Below are positions 55,668 through 64,000 of a DNA stretch of 64,000 nucleotides, piece by piece. Origin of the DNA: Malacoraja senta (lineage: Eukaryota); contig JAXLNO010000655.1 of the NCBI GenBank assembly GCA_038087875.1, positions 434,001-498,000 on the forward strand. Direction: 5' to 3'. The position numbers were made by a program, and so were the translations under genes. Under the pieces are notes generated by a model. It saw only the letters and a program-made list of their open reading frames with translations, was not told the DNA's origin and searched no databases. Numbering within the stretch: the stretch's first letter is position 1; each line of letters opens with the position of its first letter.

Positions 55668-56562
55668 CAGCACTTCAACTCCCCCTCCCATTCCCAATCT
55701 GACCTTTCTGTCCTGGGCCTCCTCCATTGTCAGTAGAGCTAATAGGACTTGATGTTTCAATCCCTGGAATATGTCGGCACTCTTGCTATTTGCAGTGGGA
55801 TTGGAGTGGTGAAAGGTAGGGTAGGTATGTCATCGGAGTCATCAGGTGGGCACCCTCCTTCGTTGACGTTTCATTGATAAGCTCATAACATCTCCAGAGG
55901 GCTCAATGGTGATACCTGGCGTCTCAGTTACACCATCCTCCTATCTTCATCTTGCAGCCCAATTGTTGTCTCTCCTTCCGATCCAAATCCAATTGCTGCT
56001 TTTTTCTGCAGAATTTGATAATGATTTGATTGCTTGTTGGAGCGAGCAACCCCTCACCCCCATTTTCTTTAATAGCCTGGTCATAGATGTAGCAACAAAT
56101 CCCCTGCATCCCTTCGACAGGGAAAATCTTGGTCTTCCAGCCATTCTGGGAAGCTTCAGTTGCCAGTTCAGAGTACTTGGTCTTTTTCCTCTCATAGGCT
56201 TCTTCAACACCATCTTCCCATGGAACTGTCAATTCCACAACGCATGCCAACTTGGCTGTTGTGGACCACAGGACCATGTCTGGCCGGAGGAGTGAAGCCC
56301 AGCGCAAATTGTAGGAACAGCACCTCATATTTTGCTTGGGTAGTCTACACCCCAGCGGTATGAACATTGACTTCTCTAATTTTAGACAGCCCTCGCTTTC
56401 TCCCTCCTTCCCCTCCCCCTTCTTAGTTCTCCCATAGTCCTACTGTCTCCTCCTACTTCCTTTCTTCCCCCCTCCGACATCAGTCTGCAGAAGGGTCACC
56501 TATTCCTTCTCTCCATAGATGCTGCCTCACCCACACTGAGTTTCTCCAGCATTTTTTGCCTA
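55668..56562 (+). mobile_element. Penelope-like fragment split by the Hero-like insertion
   Basis: ..ctccattgtcag (55733) resumes as agtgaagcccagcgcaaattg (56290), collinear with 28005-28040. Confidence 0.85.
55734..56289 (-). mobile_element. Hero-like (R2 superfamily) non-LTR retrotransposon 3' fragment encoding a restriction-like endonuclease
   Basis: RPDMVLWS..VVELTVPWEDGVEEAYERKKTKYSEL..GW...PVE/GCRGFVA..AEKSSNWIW with one frameshift. This is a PD..E.T..K.KY RLE signature. Confidence 0.85.
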
Positions 56563-58486
56563 CTTCAGTTTTCACATTATTATGGTCTGGTTATCTAGTA
56601 TTACAGATTATTAACTTATTTTATGATTATTGCGTACTTATTTGTGTGTTATCGTGTTAATGTGCCATTATGGATGAACCATGAGGTCCACTCCCAGCTT
56701 GAAGTCCAAGTCTTCAGCGTTCCTGAACAAACCCGAGCAATACAAGAAATCTACCTACACCCTTTGCAGAGCCAATAAGGATGACAAGAGGGCATTTTGG
56801 ACCAAGCTGGGAGTCTTGAGGCACTGACAAAAATACCCGTAAGTAGCCAACGTAATCAAAGATTTGTTCCACCTACATCGTTCCTTCTTCACTAATCTTC
56901 ACTGTCCTTTCTGATCAGATTCCAGAATCTACTGCCTTTTGTCCTCAACCTATCACGTCCCAGGCTCTTCGTTGTCTCCACCCTTCCCTCGCCCACCTGC
57001 CTGCTATCTCCTAAACAACCTCACCTCACCTGCATCCACCTAGTTTAGTTTAGAGATAGAGTGCGGAAACAGGCCCTTCAGCCCACCGGGTCCGTGCCGA
57101 CCAGTGTTCCCTGCACACCAGCGATAGCCTACAATTGTTCCTGAAGCCAATTAACCGACAAACCCGCAAGTCTTTGGAATGGAGTGTGGGAGGAAACCGG
57201 AGCGTCCGGAGAAAGGCCAGGCGGTCACGGGGAGAATGTACAAACTCCATACAGGATCCCTAGCGCTGGGTCACTAGCGCTGTAAGGCAGCAACTCTACT
57301 ACTGCGCCACCTTGCCACACCTGTCGTTGCTACCTGTTGCCCACCCCTCTTCACTCTCCCCCCTTTATACAGGCGATTTTCCCTTTACTCTTTCCATCCA
57401 CAAGAAGGGTCCCGACCTGAAACCTTGCCTGTTCACTTTCCTCCACACGGTGTAACCTGACCCATTGAGTTCTCTCCTTTATATTCACTCCAGATGTCCC
57501 GCACCTGCATCCTCTCAAGCCTTCTTCCATTTGCTCGCTTATCCCTGACGCTCTTCCCTTTCTTTCCCATCAAACAGTTATTAAACATCCCTTCCGCAAT
57601 CTCACGAAACACTTGGAACATTAACTCTCCGCAACAAATGTCAATTGGCACATTGGACATTCCAAGCCCTTTCTGTTTTTATTTCACATTTCCTGAACGT
57701 TTAGTATTTTGGTGATGGACTCAGTTTCTTTCAGTACTTTAGACTCTAGGGACAATTTACAGAAGCCTATTAACCCACAAACCTGTGTTTGTCCCTACTT
57801 TGTGTAGGGTTAGAGTTAGTGTGCGGGGATCGCTGGTCGGCACGGACTCGGTGGGCCGAAGGGCCTGTTTCCCCGCTGTATCCTTAAACAAAACTAAGTT
57901 AAGCCAAACTAAACTAAACTGCCCATCTATCATTAATGTTGTATTCTATTAGGTCACCACACAACATGCTCTGTTCTGGATAGGATTCACATCTGGCCTT
58001 TGTCACCTACTCCACCATTTTCTAATCGTCCCCCCTCATCCCTATCCATCCGATAAACCTGCCAGACTTTGCCCCGCCCTTACCTCTCTTTCCCAGCATT
58101 CTTCCCCTTTCCCCATCCGTCTGAAGAAGGATCCCAACCCAAAACGTGATCTGGCCATTCCCTCCACAGATGGTTCCAGACCTGTTGAGTTCCTTCAGCA
58201 CAGTGTTTTCTGCTTGGGGCTTTTCAATCTCGGTGAGATCAGATTATTTCAGCATCACGTTCGGTATCGGCATTGTGGGCCGAAGGGTTTCAATGGTTCA
58301 ATAGCGCTTTACTTGTCATAACTGCACAGTAAAGTTATTTTTGCAGAAATTATACATGCGGGCACCACCATTTTGGGCGCCATTATTCAGAGTCCAAAGT
58401 CCGGTCAGGGGTTATGGGGAGAAGGCAGGAGAATGGGGTTAAGAGGGAAAGATAGATCAGACATGATTGAATGGTGGAGTAGACTT

Positions 58487-58922
58487 AAGATAGACACAAA
58501 ATGCTGGAGTAACTTAGCAGGACAGGCAGCATCTCTAGAGAAAAGGAATGGATGACGTTTCGGGTTGAGACCTTTCTTCAGACTAAATTCAGGGGAAAGG
58601 GAAATGAGAGATATAGACGGTGATGTAGAGTGATATAGAACAAATGAATGAAAGATATACCAATAAAAACTATGATAAAGGAAACAGGCCATTGTTAGCT
58701 GTTTGCTAGGTGAGAACGAGAAGCTGGTGCGATTTGATGTGGGAGGGACGGAGAGACAGGGAACACAGGGGTTACTTGAAGTTGGAGAAATCAATATACA
58801 TGCCGCTGTGCTGTAAGCTGCACAAGCTAAATATGAGGTGCTGTTCCTCCAATTTGCATTTTGTCGCACTCTGCCAATGGAGGAGGCCCAGGACAGAAAG
58901 GTCAGTGTGGGAATGGGATGGG
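58487..58922 (-). mobile_element. Penelope-like GIY-YIG and pLTR fragment
   Basis: SPSHSHTDLSVLGLLHWQSATKCKLEEQHLIFSL..MYIDFSNFK, then pLTR with a hammerhead motif at 58554-58581. Confidence 0.87.
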
Positions 58923-60099
58923 GAAAACTTCAAAGGTTTCAAAGGCCTTTTATTGTCAGGCACCAATTAAGATATTCAAATTACCATACAGCCATACAAA
59001 AAAAGTAACAAGACACACAACAACATACAAGTTAACATAAACATCCACCACAGCGGATTCCCCACATTCCTCACTGTGATGGAAGGCAATAAAGTCCAAT
59101 CTTCCTCCTCTTTATTCTCCCGCTGTTGGAGCAGCCGAACCATCTGCAATCGGGGCGATCGAAGCTCCCGCGTCAGGGCGGTCGAAGCTCCTGCGGCCTG
59201 GAGCTACCGAAGTCGGTCTCTAACCAGAGACCGCAAGCTCCACGATGCTAAAGTACGCAGGCTCCCGTGGTTGGAGCTCCGAGGTCGATCCCTGGCCAAG
59301 GGAACACGAGCTCCGCGATGGTAAGTCCTGCAGGCTCCCGCGGTTGGAGCTCCCTGAAGTCGGTCTCCAGCAAAGGCCGCCAACTCCTCACTGTTAGGCC
59401 GCAGTGCGTATGGAGATACGATACGGAAAAAAAATCGCATCTCTGTCGAGGAAAGAGATTAAAAATGTTATCCGCAACCCCCACCCCGCACATAAAACAA
59501 ACTAGAGAACACTAAAACACCTACTCCTGTGTTATGGGCCTTGATGGGGCTATCACCTATTAACATGAACTAATGATAGCATTGAAAAACACTGTATCTC
59601 GGTACACGTGATGATAATAAACCGATAGCAATACCAAGGGGTGGGTTTTGTAATTTTTGTGGAATTAATGGAATTGCAGCAAGTGTTGGAAAGAGTAGCA
59701 CAGTGGTTTAGTTAATGGACAAAGAGTTGAGAACCCCAGACTCATAATGTGGAATTGTTCAAGTCCACCATGACAGCTGGTGACTTTAAATTCAGTTAAT
59801 TAAATAAATCTGGGCTAACGAGGAAGTTCTACAGTTGTGATGGCCGCGAAAACTCTGGGTTGTCGTAAAACTAAACATCTGGCTCCACTAATGTTCTCTT
59901 CGGGGAAGGAAATCTGCTGTCTGGTCTGCCTTCCAAATAGTTTTTTTTTAATTTTTGTATTTCTCAGAATTAGCCACTTCTCCAGAGAGCCAAGATTCAT
60001 GAGCGTTTTTGAAATTGTCATGTGTGCAGGCAAGGGAACAATGGGATTCATATTTGCTGCAGTGTAACATAAAGACAACAGCACACTGATAAATATATA

Positions 60100-60612
60100 T
60101 CTTGATTAGTAAGGGTGTCAAAGGTTACGGGGAGAAGGCAAGAGAATGGTGTTGAAAGGGAAAGACAGATCAGCCATGAATGAATGGCAGAGTAGACTCA
60201 TAAGGTCATAAGTGATAGGAGAAGAATTAGGTCATTCGCCCCATCAAGTCTACTCCGCCATTCAATCATGACTGATCTATCTCTTCCTCCTAACCCCATT
60301 CTCCTGCCTACGCCCCATAACCCCTGACACCCGTACTAATCAAGAATCTATCTATCTCTGCCTTAAAATATCCATTGACCTGACCTCCACAGGGTTCTTT
60401 GGCAATGAATTCCACAGATTCACCACATCTCTGACTAAAGAAATTCCTCCTCATCTCCTTCTTAAAGGAACGTCCTTTAATTCTAAGGCTATGGGCTCTG
60501 GTCCTAGACTCTCACACTAGTGGAAACACCCTCTCCACATCCAGTCCATCCAAGCCTTTCCCTATTCGGCAAGTTTCAATGAGGTCCACTCTCATCATTC
60601 TGAACTCCAGCG
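60100..60612. mobile_element. Tail-to-tail pair of CR1 3' fragments
   Basis: 60100-60200 (+) is an imperfect inverted copy of ~60247-60345 (-). The minus copy continues to ~60612. Confidence 0.8.
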
Positions 60613-60889
60613 AATTGTCATATGTACCAGATATGATCCAGAACAATGACATTCTTATTTGCTGCAGCTTTACAGGCAACTGAGACACAAGAACGATAAT
60701 CAATATGCAATATAGTAGCATATTTTCTATGTAAACTAGATCTACGATAATGCTAAAACCAAAGATTACGTTTGAGTTTAGTTTATTGTCACATGTGCCT
60801 CGATAAAGTGAAAAACGTTTGTTGCGTGCTAACCAGCCGGCGGAACGACAATACATGATTACAATCGAGTCATCCACAGTGTACAGTTA

Positions 60890-61538
60890 AGGGCCTGTCC
60901 CACTTGGCCATCATTCGCGCCATTTACGCGACCTGCTAGCGTGTGGGTAGCACGTGGGTGGCGCGGGACGGGCGCATGGAGTGGTGTGGAGGAGGGTGGA
61001 GTGGCGTGGAGGAGTGTGGACTTCGTCCTGCACTAAATCTTCGTGCGCCACCGGCCTGTCGCGTAACTGACGGCCAAAGTGGGACAGGCCCAAGACCCTG
61101 GCGCGGCGCAACGTCTCACCTCCAGCAGCAGCAGAAGCAGGCAAACGATCGGCAAGCTCGGCCTGGGGCTCACGGCCGTTGCGGATCCGGATCCGCCCCC
61201 ACTCCATCTCCCAGAGCGGGGGAAGACGATTGGAGATAGATACAAAATGCAGGAGTAACTCAGCGGGACCGGCAGCATATCTGGAGAGAAGCAATGGGTG
61301 ACGTTTCGGGTCGAGACCCTTCTTCAGACTGAAGGAGAGTCTCGACCCGAAACATCATCCATTCCTTCACTCCAGAGATGCTGCCTGTCCCGCTGAGTTA
61401 CTCCTGCATTTTCTGTCTATCTTCAAATGACGTCACGTGCTCCAGACGGCTGTGCGGACGCATGATGATGCGCGCGACCGTCGTGCGTCAGTCACTACCG
61501 GCCTGTCGTGTAAATGACGGCCAAGTGGGACAGGCCCT
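60890..61538. mobile_element. Composite Harbinger-type MITE with the same cargo, opposite orientation
   Basis: TTA TSD; TIR agggcctgtcccacttggcc. Internal palindrome ~61233-61425 and an internal TIR copy at ~61071-61091. Confidence 0.85.
61300..61327 (-). ncRNA. Minimal type I hammerhead ribozyme motif (Penelope pLTR type)
   Basis: CUGAAGA-A-GGGU(CUCG)ACCC-GAAA-C-GUC: intact core boxes, perfect stem II, palindromic ACGU mini stem III. Stem I is short. Confidence 0.72.
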
Positions 61539-62149
61539 TTACAGTTTACAGTTTAGGTTATTGTCACGGGTACCGAGGTACAGTGAAAAGCTTTTGTTGC
61601 GTGATATCAAGTCTGCGGAAAAGACAATACATGATTACAATCGAGCCATTTACAGTGTAGAGATACAGGATAAGGAAATAACGTTTAGTGCAAGACAAAG
61701 TCCAGTACAGTCCGAGCAAAGATAGTCCAAGGGTCTCCAATGAGTTGCTCATTGTGCTCCAAAAGACATAGAGTAACTACAAAAGTGCAAGATCTGCAGT
61801 GATTCGGTGCTGAGTAGGGTTGGGACTAGGGTTAAGCAAGGTGGTTCATGAACCTGATGGTTCGTTTGAAGAAGCTGTTCTTGAATCTGAAGTTTACAGT
61901 TCTCAGGCTCTCTTCCCAATAGTTACAGTTGCAGTTTAGTCTATTGTCATGTGTATCGAGGTACAGTGAAAAGCTTTTATTCAATGCATGCTATCCAGTC
62001 AGCGGAAAGACATTACATGATTACCGAGCGATTTACAATGTTAGATACACAATAAGGGAATAACGTTTAGTGCAACGTCGCCCATTCCTTCTCTCCGTAG
62101 ACGCTGCCTCACCCGCTGAGTCACTCCAGCATTTTGTGTCTAGTAGTTC

Positions 62150-62420
62150 CAGGACTGCTCTCTGGTTGTGGTAGGATGATTCAATGGTAACAGAGAGATG
62201 AGAACATGGCCAGGTGGTGTGGGTCTTTGATGATATTAGCTGCCTTCTTGAACCAGTGCTTCCTATAGATCCCTTCAGTAGTGAGGAGTTCAATACCTGT
62301 GATGGACTGGGTAATGTCCACCACCTTCTGCATCCTCCTTCGTTCTTGGGCGTTCCTGTTACAGAACCAGGATGTGATGCTCTCCACAGTACACCTACAT
62401 AAATCTGACAGAGTATTCAG
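62150..62420 (-). mobile_element. Rex1/Babar fragment (others at 9180-9400, 14975-15265, 18410-18700, 48330-48840, 55300-55600, 63661-63966)
   Basis: RCTVESITSWFCN..QKVVDITQSITG..KKAANIIKDPHH. Confidence 0.82.
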
Positions 62421-64000
62421 TGAAGATAGATACAAAATGCTGGAGTAACTCCGCGGAACAGACAGCATCTCTGGAGAGAAGGAATGGTGACGTTTTGGGT
62501 TGAGACCCTTCTTCAGACACATTCAGTGACATTATTAATTACTACTGAAAACCCTGATCATTCTAATCATGACGACTGCCATCAAAAGAAGGAATATAGT
62601 GATTAATTGTTAAAAAAAGCAATTGGATGGGCATTCAATAAGCCCATAACAGATCAAAACTGACTGAGAAATCAAGGGATATGTTATCAGTTTTTAATTG
62701 AATACAGTTGCACACTACACATAATCCATTGCCCTGGTTTGGGATTTCAATACTGATTGATGGAAATGTCTTTTAAAGTAATCAGAAGATACTTCAAGGA
62801 TTCAAGGAAGCCTTCAGTATATTGACTACTTTGGCAGATTGTTAAGGGCGTCAGAAATGATGAGGTGGTATTGATAACGTGCAATCCTAATTTATTCATC
62901 ATCAATTTACCTGCAGAACTCACGTGAGTGGAGCTACTGGTTATAACAATGGGTTTGAACTTGCCCTGCAACTTGTGGAGGCTTTAGAAAGGGTGCCCAA
63001 GAGGTTCACCAGAACGCCGCCTACGTTAGACTTTAGACTTTAGAGATACAGCGCGGAAACAGGCCCTTCGGCCCACAGTGTCCAATACGTCAAGTGTCAA
63101 GAGTGTTTAACTGTCCAATGTACTGGCAACAGAAGAATGACATGTTTACTTGCTTCAGCTTAACAGTCCCGCAAACTTACTAACACAAAGATTAATGATC
63201 AATAACACAATCAGTTAATTACCGTGTCGGAAGGAACTGTAGATGCTGGGTTTACACCGGAGATAGACACAAAATGCAGGAGTAACTCAGCAGGACAGGC
63301 AGCATCTCCGGAGAGAAGGAAGGGAGATGCTGCCTGTCCTGCTGAGCTACTCCAGCATTTAGTGTCTATATTAATTACCGTAATGTGAGGTAAATGCAAT
63401 GGTGCAAACTGAAATTCACAATCCAATCCAAAACAGTCCAGAGAGATCACAGTTGCTGAGGTTAATATTAGTGTTCAAGAGCCTGATGGTTGTCGGGAAT
63501 ACGCAATCATCAGGTTCATGGTCTGACTTACCCCGTTATGAACATTAATTATCTGCCTAAAGCCCTGTCCCACTGTACGAGTTCATTCCAAGAGTTCTCC
63601 CGTGTTTGCCCTGATTCGAACTCGGAGATTTACGGTAATGGCCACTCGTCGGTACTCAGGTCAAGTCAAGTCAAGTCAAGTCAAGTCAAGTCAAGTCAAG
63701 TGAGTTTATTGTCATGTGTCCCTGATAGGACAATGAAATTCTTGCTTTGCTTCAGCACAACAGAACATAGTAGGCATTGACTACAAGGCATTCTATAAAT
63801 ATATACACACATGAATCAATATACTGATAAAGTGCAAATAACAGTATTGGCTAATAAAGTTCAGTGTTATGTCCGAGCCAGGTTTAACAGCCTGATGGCT
63901 GTGGGGAAGTAGCTATTCCTGAACCTGGTCGTTGCAGTCTTCAGGCTCCTGTACCTTCTACCTGAAGGTACTCGGGGCTCTCGTGGACATTTTTCAACAT

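Noticed and set aside
55839..55872. Possible type II hammerhead (GAAACGUC..CUGAUGA) in the Hero-like 3' UTR
   Set aside because: The required stems I and II do not pair.

Overview
Vertebrate genomic DNA. The repeat content (HE1/V-SINE-like tRNA SINEs, HER1/CR1-like LINEs) points to a cartilaginous fish, probably a skate or ray. The only host gene I can support is an F-spondin/spondin-1-like gene on the minus strand. Its coding exons 1-6 are at 43612-43411, 41645-41539, 36989-36856, 29626-29553, 26056-25934 and 4874-4722. They encode the signal peptide, reeler domain and start of the Spondin_N domain, and the rest of the gene runs off the left edge. Exon 6 carries four single-base insertions, most likely local assembly errors. 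Most of the remaining sequence is mobile-element debris: CR1, L2, Rex1/Babar, a Hero-like RLE fragment, Penelope-like GIY-YIG fragments, V-SINEs, and Harbinger-type and hAT-type MITEs. There are also microsatellites and one 200-N gap. The most interesting signals are: (i) many minimal hammerhead-ribozyme motifs in short Penelope-derived elements, some with their own target-site duplications (TSDs); (ii) two Harbinger-type MITEs carrying the same palindromic double-hammerhead cargo; (iii) a TIR element holding a 150-bp copy of nearby DNA; (iv) a GC-rich non-autonomous retroposon family with swapped 3' tails. All family assignments come from recognising motifs by eye, not from database searches.
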